A stretch of 64,000 nucleotides of DNA, from IMG/VR virus record IMGVR_UViG_3300031578_004185, positions 3,779-67,778 of that record, one strand, 5' to 3'. The translations under genes and the position numbers were made by a program. Numbering within the stretch: the first letter of the stretch is position 1; every line of letters starts with the position of its first letter. Below are positions 35,963 through 44,476 of this stretch, piece after piece. Source of the DNA: a virus. The notes under the pieces are model-generated. The model saw nothing but the letters and a program-made list of their open reading frames with translations, did no database searches and was not told the origin of the DNA.

Positions 35963-37069
35963 TTAGCTGTCATCCGCCCTAACTCGCGTAGAAAGTTGTG
36001 GGGCCGACTTCGAGTTGTAAATTTTGAAATAACACGGGTAGTCTACAACCATCTTCGGTCTCTTCCCAGCTAACTTCAATCCTAGCCCTTTCAGGGTACC
36101 CAACACCTCGTCCTCGGTCATATCCCCATCAGTAGCCAGCAGGTCTACCATCTCTTCGTAGTTGTCAACACCTGCCCTCAGTACCTCTAGGACAATCCGT
36201 TCTTCGTCCGTTTCCGGCTGGTACCGCTTGCCATACTCGGTGATTCGTATCTTCCCATCTCCCAGATGGCTTCTCGGTCGCCCGGCGTCTACCGGTATCG
36301 GGAATGGCCGTCCTATCGGTAGTATCAAGTCCTTTCGCTTGTCGTATGCCACTCTCTGCACATAGTAAACGAATCCTGTGATATTGGCGGCGGACTTGGT
36401 ACAGGTTACCATCCAGTTGATGTAGGGCTTCGCGGTAAACCTGTCCAAGTCATCCGTAGTCTGTATCGTTCCCAAGACGAAGCTATCCAGATGCCTGTAC
36501 ACCTTATGGATAGCCCCCATCGTCTTGTTCATGGGACTGTGAGGTTCTCGTTTGTAGCAGTACTTCCAGAACTCGGTGAGGTACAGCACGGAGTTTTTGA
36601 GCATAATCTCCCCCGCACCCTTTACCCACTCGTCGGCAGCCTTCTCCAAGACTGCGTTGACATCGGCTACTTTCGCTACTCCCTTCGTTGCCTGCCTCAT
36701 CTTGGCGAAGTCGTCGTGGAGGACATGTTCATTGAACAACCCGCCATAAGGTCCGTAGAGGTCTCTAGGCGGTTCATCACGCAGTATGCGCTTCCATGGG
36801 AAGTATCGCTTGATAGTGTGGCTCAGGTAGTTACCGAACAAGTCCTTACCTGTGCCAGGGACACCATACACGACACACAAGCCCCACAGACCAGTCACTT
36901 CCCTTGGCACAGTGAACAGGCGGTATAGCAAAGTAGCTCGCCGCCTGTCTAACATAGACAGATCGGAGCCGAACTTGATTCCCGACTCGTCGTCGTACCC
37001 TACAGATTCGTCGTAGAGTTCAAAGGTATTTCTATCCGGCTTATTCCTTCCCCCAAGCGTCGACACCAC
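35963..37069 (-). CDS. Zot/pI-like (FtsK-HerA clade) P-loop morphogenesis/packaging ATPase
   Basis: Walker A GVPGTGKD, Walker B-like VLYLTE, YRHLDSFVLGTIQTTDDLD motif; C-terminal wHTH-like region. Confidence 0.75.
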   Translation of the reverse strand: MVSTLGGRNKPDRNTFELYDESVGYDDESGIKFGSDLSMLDRRRATLLYRLFTVPREVTGLWGLCVVYGVPGTGKDLFGNYLSHTIKRYFPWKRILRDEPPRDLYGPYGGLFNEHVLHDDFAKMRQATKGVAKVADVNAVLEKAADEWVKGAGEIMLKNSVLYLTEFWKYCYKREPHSPMNKTMGAIHKVYRHLDSFVLGTIQTTDDLDRFTAKPYINWMVTCTKSAANITGFVYYVQRVAYDKRKDLILPIGRPFPIPVDAGRPRSHLGDGKIRITEYGKRYQPETDEERIVLEVLRAGVDNYEEMVDLLATDGDMTEDEVLGTLKGLGLKLAGKRPKMVVDYPCYFKIYNSKSAPQLSTRVRADDS

Positions 37070-37541
37070 CAGCTTCCTCTCCTTCTTCGCTCCTAGACTC
37101 CATCTCCGCTAGAGCGATATCCGTAATCTTGGTCAAGTTTATCCCGCCGATAGACTTCTGCCACAAGGCTGTCCTGTGGAGCAGTTCGTCCAGCCAGTTC
37201 GATGTTGTGGGTCTCGCCTTCTTGAAGACCCGCTTGTACTCATCCCTGTCCTGTCTGTAAACAGCAATACTTATTACGTCCTCCCAGATGACGTTTATAA
37301 CATCAATGAGGGGAAACAGTCTCCCTTGGAACTTATCGATAACCGTAACCGAAGGAAGCATCTCACGGGACGGCGCGAACGCTAAGTCCAGAGCTTTATC
37401 TACAGCGGCTGACGAAACGCGCACCTCCTCGGGTTTATCACCCGGTTCGGCGACCTCCTCCTTCTTTCGCCTCAACCTAGCTGGATCTATCTTCGGTTTA
37501 GTATCCTCTGATGTGGTGGCAGTAGCATCCTTCTTTGCCAT
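37041..37541 (-). CDS. Hypothetical protein (morphogenesis module)
   Basis: 166-aa ORF overlapping the ATPase start. Confidence 0.7.
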   Translation of the reverse strand: MAKKDATATTSEDTKPKIDPARLRRKKEEVAEPGDKPEEVRVSSAAVDKALDLAFAPSREMLPSVTVIDKFQGRLFPLIDVINVIWEDVISIAVYRQDRDEYKRVFKKARPTTSNWLDELLHRTALWQKSIGGINLTKITDIALAEMESRSEEGEEAGGVDAWGKE

Positions 37542-37573
37542 CGGTGGTTGACCCCCTTACCATCATTCTGCTC

Positions 37574-38347
37574 CTATTGTACTCCTAGCGCATTCCGGAT
37601 CTTGGCGACATCATCAGCTATCTTGGCTACATCCATACCCGATATGTTAACCAGCTGGTATATCACATAACCGAGCAAGAGCAGTATCAGTGCCAGCCCG
37701 ACATAGACGACAGTCGGGTTGAGTTGTCTCCCCAGTTTCTTAATCGCGTCCTGTAGAGGGTTCATGATATCCTTAGCTACCGTAACGGCCAGTTCAGATA
37801 CTTTCTCTTTGGCTATATTCCCCAGCACAGCAGGACTGGCTACCATCTCCCTAGTGGGCGCGGTCTTTAACTCGTCAGCCATATCCAGCAACTGACTCTT
37901 GACCTTGCTATCAGTCAGCGACTCGGCGAGTTCCCGCAACGAGTCCTTAACGTCAGGACTAGCGACACCCTCACTGTACGAACCTCGGTTAAGCAACGGT
38001 TCCCAGTCATTGGCATCCACGATGAGTGTCCGTATCTTGCGCTGGAGAAATGTAGGGATAAAGCCGTCCCCAGGGTACAGCATCTCAATCGTGCATATCT
38101 CGGCAAACGGCCACGTCTTGGTTGTGCCCGTCTTCGGATCGGTAATCGATACGCTAGTGCTTGTCTTTGGAACATAGTGTGTCGTCGTGCTTCCATCCGA
38201 CTCGCGGACAAGTAGTTTCAGCTCGTTATCTACTCTCTTGTGCCACTGCCACTGGTAAAAAGCAATCATCAGGACGAATATCACAAACAGGTAAAGGACG
38301 ATGTCTAGTCCGCTAAAATAAGTTGCCTCTACTTCTGGTCCAGTCAT
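37574..38347 (-). CDS. Membrane protein with N- and C-terminal TM
   Basis: Two terminal hydrophobic helices. Confidence 0.75.
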   Translation of the reverse strand: MTGPEVEATYFSGLDIVLYLFVIFVLMIAFYQWQWHKRVDNELKLLVRESDGSTTTHYVPKTSTSVSITDPKTGTTKTWPFAEICTIEMLYPGDGFIPTFLQRKIRTLIVDANDWEPLLNRGSYSEGVASPDVKDSLRELAESLTDSKVKSQLLDMADELKTAPTREMVASPAVLGNIAKEKVSELAVTVAKDIMNPLQDAIKKLGRQLNPTVVYVGLALILLLLGYVIYQLVNISGMDVAKIADDVAKIRNALGVQ

Positions 38348-38646
38348 CCGATCCCCCTTTCGAGTCTCCTTTGTTCTCGTTTTCTTAGTCTATCTATGCT
38401 CCGGCTATGCCCGATTCTCCTGCTAGATTCTCTCAAGTTATGCGTATCGTCTAACCTCTTGCCTCGGAGAAACGCACTCGCAGTACCCAAGTCACGCGTC
38501 GGGTACCGTTTCAACTCAAAGTTTGCCCCAGCCAGAAGCTCCAGACCCTTGCGACGAGCTTCCTCCTCGTTTACACCACCGTAAACGAGATACGGGCGAT
38601 TTTGGTCATAGGCTACGATCCAGTAATGGTATCTTCGCTCTCTCAT
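38344..38646 (-). CDS. Hypothetical basic protein
   Basis: Start reassigned to MRERRYHYW at 38646 (SD GGAGG). Confidence 0.6.
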   Translation of the reverse strand: MRERRYHYWIVAYDQNRPYLVYGGVNEEEARRKGLELLAGANFELKRYPTRDLGTASAFLRGKRLDDTHNLRESSRRIGHSRSIDRLRKREQRRLERGIG

Positions 38647-38735
38647 CTTTTCCTCCAAGCGAAGAACAGGTATGCGATAACGATAAAGGCAATGAGTACC
38701 ACAGACCACACAGAGAGAGAACTGAAATCAATCAT
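38643..38735 (-). CDS. 30-aa single-TM protein
   Basis: Manual: MIDFSSLSVWSVVLIAFIVIAYLFFAWRKR; SD GAGG; ATGA coupling. Confidence 0.55.
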   Translation of the reverse strand: MIDFSSLSVWSVVLIAFIVIAYLFFAWRKR

Positions 38736-38752
38736 TGTTCAATACCTCTTGC

Positions 38753-38797
38753 AAAAAAGGGACAGAGAGTACCCTTCTATGGAGTACTCTCTGTCCC
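38753..38797 (-). terminator. Rho-independent terminator after capsid-like gene
   Basis: 14-bp perfect stem GGGACAGAGAGTAC/GTACTCTCTGTCCC followed by T-run. Confidence 0.9.
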
Positions 38798-38819
38798 GTT
38801 CGCCCGGGAGGTGCCATTC

Positions 38820-39005
38820 TTAGCCCTTCCTCCCGATTGACATGACCACGCCTATCAGGATCGCGGCCGCCACGATCACCCGGAGCAGGTTCTGGAGGAT
38901 GACGGAACCAGTATCGGTTCCGGTTATGATGTTGGTGATGAGGCTGTCAATCACGACGAAAGCTACAACGCCGATTACGACGGTAACAAGTCCTCGTACT
39001 GACAT
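38820..39005 (-). CDS. Putative major capsid protein, spindle-virus-like helical hairpin (61 aa)
   Basis: Two hydrophobic helices joined by NIITGTDTGS loop, basic C-terminus; own promoter and terminator. Confidence 0.6.
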   Translation of the reverse strand: MSVRGLVTVVIGVVAFVVIDSLITNIITGTDTGSVILQNLLRVIVAAAILIGVVMSIGRKG

Positions 39006-39050
39006 TAACTATCACCTTCCTTCTCGGGCTGGACGGCCCTGTTAAAAGTT

Positions 39051-39079
39051 ACTTTAGCACTTGTGTTCTGTTTTGTCAA
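39051..39079 (-). promoter_or_regulatory. sigma70-type promoter for capsid-like gene
   Basis: TTGACA, 17 nt, TAAAGT with TG extension. Confidence 0.8.
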
Positions 39080-39114
39080 GGTGTGGTATGGGTAGAGTAG
39101 TACACCCAGTAACA

Positions 39115-40989
39115 TTACACTCTCCTTCCACCTGCCAACGACATAACGAACCCGACAATCATTCCGGCGGCAACCACTATCCAGATGTAGGATAGCGCGG
39201 CCAGATCCGTTCCCAAAAACCCGAGCGGTAGAGTGGAGATAGTTAGTATCAGGTCAAGCAACTTGGCAGGGAACGTGATAAATCCCATAACACCCGCCGT
39301 GTCTGCGATGCGGGCTATCTTGTAGTCTATACTGGCATTCAGTATCGCTGCCTCTCTGGTACGGACGGTAGCGTTCTCAGCATGGGTCGCTGCGTCCGTA
39401 TCATGCTCCCCTCTGGTTAGCGGGTTAACAGTGAGCGGTCCGACTGTGGTACTCTCGAAGGTAGTATCCGTCTTGGAGGGGTAGCCGATATGCTCGTCTC
39501 CAATAACTACAAAACCGCTATCCGGGAAGCCATCCGTGCTGGCTACGTTGATAGTTGCAGTCTCCGTGTCCGTAACAGCGGATGTAAGGTAGGTCGCTAC
39601 CATCGCATTACTGCCCGCAGCGTAGTTCCCGGCGATGGACACGATAACAAACATCCACAACATAAACATAAAGCCTTTGTGGAGGGTCTCCGAGCGGAAG
39701 AACAAGACATAACCAACGAAGGCACCACTAGCTATAAATAACAAAGAGGCGACTAACGGAGACAGCATACCGAGCAATGCTCCTCCGACTATCATTATGG
39801 AGAATACAATCATCACCGACTTGCCACTACCTACTCCCTCGCCGCGACCAGCACTCTCGCCGAACTCGCCACTGGGGGTTTCTACTTTATACACAGCAGC
39901 GCACACCAGCAAAGTTATCAGCATCCAGACAATCCCGGAGAGGAACCACCGAGACATACCGAATGTAGCAGCCAGCGTGGTCAGGTCGATACCTGTGCCC
40001 GTCACGGAGGTATCCATTAAGGTGATTGTGGTAACTTCCTCTACATCCACCGTGAACGTCCCTGCCCCGGTAACAGTCAAGGTATTTATACCTGGGGTCA
40101 GGTCAATAGGGACACCTGCGATTGTTCCCGTGCCGTCGTCTATATCGCCGAATGTCCACCCAGCGAGGTCTATGATGATAGTGCCAGTAGTTACCCCCGT
40201 GTCTATCGTATTCACCCCCTCGGTTAGTGTTACGGGCGAACCGACTATGGTCGCCCCGCCACTGGTCGCTGCCCCCCCGAAAGCGGTGTCGTAGTCCAAC
40301 GGTGTGTACTCGGGGTCGGTCTCCACGCTAGAGAACGCATCAGGAGCAATGTCCCTGAGATGCGGAATAGTGTTAGCGAAGTAACTCTCACCGAGAGTAG
40401 TCAGGGTACTCCCACCTCCGTATATCTCCTGTATCAAATCAAGCGACCAGAGTACTTCCAGCACGTCGGCGTAGTAAAGAACGCGTAGAGCAATAAGACT
40501 GGATGGGTCGCCCACAGTACTCCACTGGTCAATACCCGCTATCGTCTTGGGCGGGTCGGGACCCGGCACCCATCCCAGAGCAGGGTTACCGGATAGCCAT
40601 ACTTCGTGGAGGGCAATGTTGGTGCTGTCCAGTCCGTACGCAGTCGCTTCGGCGGCGGTGAACCGTATCCATATCAGTCCCCTGCCATAGCCGCTATCCT
40701 GATAAACGTATGGTGCTACCGACTTTAGCTGGGTAGTCCCGTCCGTGTCCACGAATATCGCCATATAGGCCTCGGCTGCGGTCTCGCTGGGGAGGGCTGC
40801 GTAGTCGAGGTAGTAGTCAACGAGGACACCGACGTCCCCGTCCTCGTAGCAGTTCTCGTAAACGTAGACGGCGTTGATAGACGGCGCACTATCAGGATCG
40901 GCGATGGCGTAAACAAGAGCAGGAGCGACCAGTATAGCCACAAGAGCAATCAGAGGGACGATTATAATTCGCTTCACAAGCCTTATCAT
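39115..40989 (-). CDS. Exported acidic protein with several C-terminal TM helices (virion/membrane)
   Basis: Start reassigned to MIRLVKRIIIVPLIALVAILVAPALVYA (ATGA overlap); beta-rich ectodomains. Confidence 0.75.
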   Translation of the reverse strand: MIRLVKRIIIVPLIALVAILVAPALVYAIADPDSAPSINAVYVYENCYEDGDVGVLVDYYLDYAALPSETAAEAYMAIFVDTDGTTQLKSVAPYVYQDSGYGRGLIWIRFTAAEATAYGLDSTNIALHEVWLSGNPALGWVPGPDPPKTIAGIDQWSTVGDPSSLIALRVLYYADVLEVLWSLDLIQEIYGGGSTLTTLGESYFANTIPHLRDIAPDAFSSVETDPEYTPLDYDTAFGGAATSGGATIVGSPVTLTEGVNTIDTGVTTGTIIIDLAGWTFGDIDDGTGTIAGVPIDLTPGINTLTVTGAGTFTVDVEEVTTITLMDTSVTGTGIDLTTLAATFGMSRWFLSGIVWMLITLLVCAAVYKVETPSGEFGESAGRGEGVGSGKSVMIVFSIMIVGGALLGMLSPLVASLLFIASGAFVGYVLFFRSETLHKGFMFMLWMFVIVSIAGNYAAGSNAMVATYLTSAVTDTETATINVASTDGFPDSGFVVIGDEHIGYPSKTDTTFESTTVGPLTVNPLTRGEHDTDAATHAENATVRTREAAILNASIDYKIARIADTAGVMGFITFPAKLLDLILTISTLPLGFLGTDLAALSYIWIVVAAGMIVGFVMSLAGGRRV

Positions 40990-43826
40990 AAGGTCGGACT
41001 CCTTTCGGACACGACACCCGCAGCGAATAGTATTATGGACAAAACTACCAGATAAAGAGGGAATATGTTGTGGTCGAAAGCGACCAATCCTCCCAGTGCG
41101 ACCCCCGCGATAATTACCACGATACCTCGATGACCTCGTAACCACCGAGCTGCTCCGACTGTAACGAACAGCAGGAACGCCAAGCCGAGCCAGCGCCATA
41201 CCCATATCTCGGTCAGGGTAGTGTTATCGGATACCATCGTGATAAACGGACGGACAGGGTTAGCCAGCGTCGCCGCTTTGGTTACCGTTCCGTCTCCATG
41301 TATATCTCCCCCTGCAGGCGTAACGAGTATGTCTCTGGTCTCCCTATCCTCGGCTGTTCCCGGTGCAGGTTGGTCTTCAGCAGTAAAGCTACCGAGGGCG
41401 ACGGCTACTCCTGTGGGGTTAACCCCCCAAGTTATTCTGCCGTCGTTAGCACCAGTCTCGTCTACTACAGTCCCGAAGTCGACAGTGAAGGTGTCGCCAG
41501 CGTCTACGTTAGCCGTAAGAGCAGCAAACTGTAGCTCGTCAGTAGCGGCGAGGAAGTCGGTAATCACCGCCGTTTCGCCTTCAGGGGCAAGACCATCGGT
41601 GGTCTCGGTGATTATCAATCTCGCCCCGTTCCAGTAGTCGTCAGCCTGTGTGAGAGCAGCGTCTATAATCTTGACATCGGTACTACCCGCGTCGGCGGTA
41701 CTGTCCTCGCCAGTATTGTCAACTATCGTGTCGGGTTGGTATTTTAGTACCTCTGCCCCGCCGACATCAATGGTCATATAGTCCATATAAGGCATAACAT
41801 TGTTTTGCATCAATAACCAGTCATTAGCAGTGTTAGGAACACTCGCTCCTAATAGTCTAGCATCATCTTCCATAGTCCCATCAATAGAAATACTTAGTGT
41901 ATGTGGTCTAGTACCAACAATCCAAGATGTGTTTGCGCCTGCTGTGCCTGCGTTTGCCCCAGAGCCGTAAGAGGTTATATTAACTCCTGTCCCCTCATCA
42001 ATATACCAGAAGTCTGTCTCATCCCCCGGTGGTGTGCCATTATACAAAGCTGTCTCTTCAGCAGCAGATAAATCATCTGTCCCAACACAGAAATCACATA
42101 TACTCCCGATGAACGGGCTCGCACTGCTTGTATTTGTATAACAGCCTATATAAAAGTTATTTGTAGTGCCGATTGCCTCGGCGTTTGCGTTAGTATCGGC
42201 AACCCCGTTATCTACTCTCAATCTTGCTCCATTACTGGCAGCACCACCACCAACTGCCTGCCCCATACTGGCAATTACATGATACCACTGCCCCCCATTC
42301 CAACTAGCTTGGGTACTGTAATAAGCAAACTTTGTAGCACCTGCTACTACGTTATTAAAATAGAGCTTCCCGTTGAAGCTCCTGAGGTAAAGATTAAAAG
42401 TAGTTGTCCCGCTATACTTGTTAAACAAATACATATTATCGTCTGCACCAGCCTCATAGTCCTCATCCAGTTTGAACCAGAAGCTAATCCACAGTTTAGC
42501 TGAGGCGTCATAAATATCACCGCAGTCTATTCCTTTATTAGTAGCATCGGGGAAGTATAGTAGTGTCCCTTCAGCTAGATTGGAAGTTGTCCCTGCTTTA
42601 GTGTTGATTGTATATTCACCACTGTCAATACTTGTGGCAGTTACATCTAGGTCAGCTGGACAGATAGCTATAGTGTTAGACATCCACTGTTGTCCTGCCG
42701 AAAGAGTAAAAACTCCCGGGTCATCACTTACTGCATTTAACTCTCGCCTAGCACTGCCTATAGCTACACCCTCAGCATTAGCAGCAACATTGTTAAGCCC
42801 ATTCCCATAGTTGGCAGGATAAGCATTGACAGTTACGTTGTCATCATTTAGTTCCATAGCAAACCACAGCGTATTTCTAGCACCCCACGAAGGTACTAAG
42901 TTAGGGGGGTCAGGATTAGCACTATTCCCATTGGTAGCGACCCCGTTTTCTGGCACCTCTGAATAGCCAGTAATGCGGTATATAGTGTAAGCAGTCATTT
43001 CAGCAGCATCGGTAGTAACAGTGAAAGGGTCATCTTCGCTAGCACTAGCTACCTTATACCAAGCCCCACCTCTAGCATCTGGTGCACCAAAAGTGTCCTT
43101 CTGAAACAGATTAGTCCATCCTCCGGGAAAGGCTATAGCAGGAGTCCCATCAGTCCCAAAGAACACTAACAGTAGGTCGCCAGCTACAACCCCAGCAGGT
43201 AGGTTAACAGTATGGTTCAGTCCATTAACGGCGTTATTGCCACCATTAGTTGTTGCAACGGTAGGAAAAGCTCCTCTATGTATCAGTGCAGAGGTAATCT
43301 CATCTTCAGCACTAACATAAGTCCTGAAAGCATCTTCTTTATAAACCAAGTTCTTATCAGCACCAGCGTCAGTATTGATATACCCGCTCTGCTCAATCTC
43401 AAAGGTATCACCAAGCTCAATAGTAGCGTCATCAGGGATAGTTATGTACCCGTCATGCCCGGGGATAATATCCATACTGGAAGCAGGAGTGCTTCCCGTA
43501 GTGTAGTAGAGATTGACCTGCGAATCGGCAGGGACGGCGGTAGCAGTAAGTGTCCTGTCTTGGGCAACCATCCAAGGCTTCTCGGAACCCCCCAAGGTCT
43601 CGACACGGGTATCCAGCGCGTCCGCTCGCATAAAGCCGTTATCCGCCATCCATTGATTATTGGCGTCGGTCTGCGTCGCCAGCATATCGTAGGCGTTGCC
43701 GCTATCCTCGGTGATAGCGAACGAGGCACTGTACGCAGCAGCTAGCACAGGAGCCGCAACAACTACCAGAGCGAGGAACACCAAGGCTAACGATAAAACA
43801 CGACTAAGTAGCTTGGTCTTAATCAC
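40986..43826 (-). CDS. Exported LamG/ConA-domain protein with C-terminal TM anchors (putative spike/tail)
   Basis: Signal peptide; WISFWFK...WYHVIAS...FYIG...FIGSICD LamG pattern; 3 C-terminal TMs. Confidence 0.75.
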   Translation of the reverse strand: MIKTKLLSRVLSLALVFLALVVVAAPVLAAAYSASFAITEDSGNAYDMLATQTDANNQWMADNGFMRADALDTRVETLGGSEKPWMVAQDRTLTATAVPADSQVNLYYTTGSTPASSMDIIPGHDGYITIPDDATIELGDTFEIEQSGYINTDAGADKNLVYKEDAFRTYVSAEDEITSALIHRGAFPTVATTNGGNNAVNGLNHTVNLPAGVVAGDLLLVFFGTDGTPAIAFPGGWTNLFQKDTFGAPDARGGAWYKVASASEDDPFTVTTDAAEMTAYTIYRITGYSEVPENGVATNGNSANPDPPNLVPSWGARNTLWFAMELNDDNVTVNAYPANYGNGLNNVAANAEGVAIGSARRELNAVSDDPGVFTLSAGQQWMSNTIAICPADLDVTATSIDSGEYTINTKAGTTSNLAEGTLLYFPDATNKGIDCGDIYDASAKLWISFWFKLDEDYEAGADDNMYLFNKYSGTTTFNLYLRSFNGKLYFNNVVAGATKFAYYSTQASWNGGQWYHVIASMGQAVGGGAASNGARLRVDNGVADTNANAEAIGTTNNFYIGCYTNTSSASPFIGSICDFCVGTDDLSAAEETALYNGTPPGDETDFWYIDEGTGVNITSYGSGANAGTAGANTSWIVGTRPHTLSISIDGTMEDDARLLGASVPNTANDWLLMQNNVMPYMDYMTIDVGGAEVLKYQPDTIVDNTGEDSTADAGSTDVKIIDAALTQADDYWNGARLIITETTDGLAPEGETAVITDFLAATDELQFAALTANVDAGDTFTVDFGTVVDETGANDGRITWGVNPTGVAVALGSFTAEDQPAPGTAEDRETRDILVTPAGGDIHGDGTVTKAATLANPVRPFITMVSDNTTLTEIWVWRWLGLAFLLFVTVGAARWLRGHRGIVVIIAGVALGGLVAFDHNIFPLYLVVLSIILFAAGVVSERSPTL

Positions 43827-44344
43827 CTAGTACCTCCCATACTGGTCGGTGGAGTATAGGGTCGCTGAGTCCTTTGGGGTCGTTCAGGTCGCTTCGACCT
43901 CGGGGGCGCACCCATAATGTCCTCTTCAGTCACCCGTGTCAGGTCAGCCAAACTCTCCTCGTCTCCCACGTCCTCTTCGTCCAGCTCGAACAAGTCGTCG
44001 GTGTACATGTCGTTATCTTCCTCTTGGGGAACCTCAAAGAGGTCGCTCATATCGTTCTTGGGCTTCTCCGCTTCCGGTCCACCTTTCCCCCAGAGCGTGT
44101 CTCCTGTCCTTTGTAGGGTAGGGGCAACAGGCACAGGAATACTGACAGGACGGGCAACGGCAGGAACGGGCGACGGCTCAGGAGGCTCGGTACTAGTGCT
44201 GGGTACACCTTCGCCTTGCTCGTCCAGCGAGTCCCACCCACCTTCCTGTTCAGTTTCTGCGCTGAGTGCATCCCCGACCTCTAGCTCGGCGAGTTCCTCT
44301 TGTTCCTGCTCGTTCAGGTCATTCAGCTCTTCATCTTTAGACAT
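43823..44344 (-). CDS. Acidic low-complexity protein with C-terminal PTSMGGTR tag
   Basis: D/E-rich, 173 aa. Confidence 0.7.
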   Translation of the reverse strand: MSKDEELNDLNEQEQEELAELEVGDALSAETEQEGGWDSLDEQGEGVPSTSTEPPEPSPVPAVARPVSIPVPVAPTLQRTGDTLWGKGGPEAEKPKNDMSDLFEVPQEEDNDMYTDDLFELDEEDVGDEESLADLTRVTEEDIMGAPPRSKRPERPQRTQRPYTPPTSMGGTR

Positions 44345-44476
44345 TTACTTGACCCCCTTACCGACTCTACTCCGCAGTTTTTTTACAAGGTACCGCATAA
44401 GTGGGACAACTGTGAACACTACTATCCCAATTAGAGCGTAAACAAACACTCCGAACGACGATGGTATTTCACTCAT
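44345..44476 (-). CDS. 43-aa single-TM protein
   Basis: Manual: MSEIPSSFGVFVYALIGIVVFTVVPLMRYLVKKLRSRVGKGVK. Confidence 0.55.
   Translation of the reverse strand: MSEIPSSFGVFVYALIGIVVFTVVPLMRYLVKKLRSRVGKGVK

Noticed and set aside
35963-39005. Integrated inovirus
   Set aside because: A pI-like ATPase is present but sits in a module of over 17 kb within a genome with two polymerases; no rolling-circle Rep; the coat candidate has two hydrophobic helices
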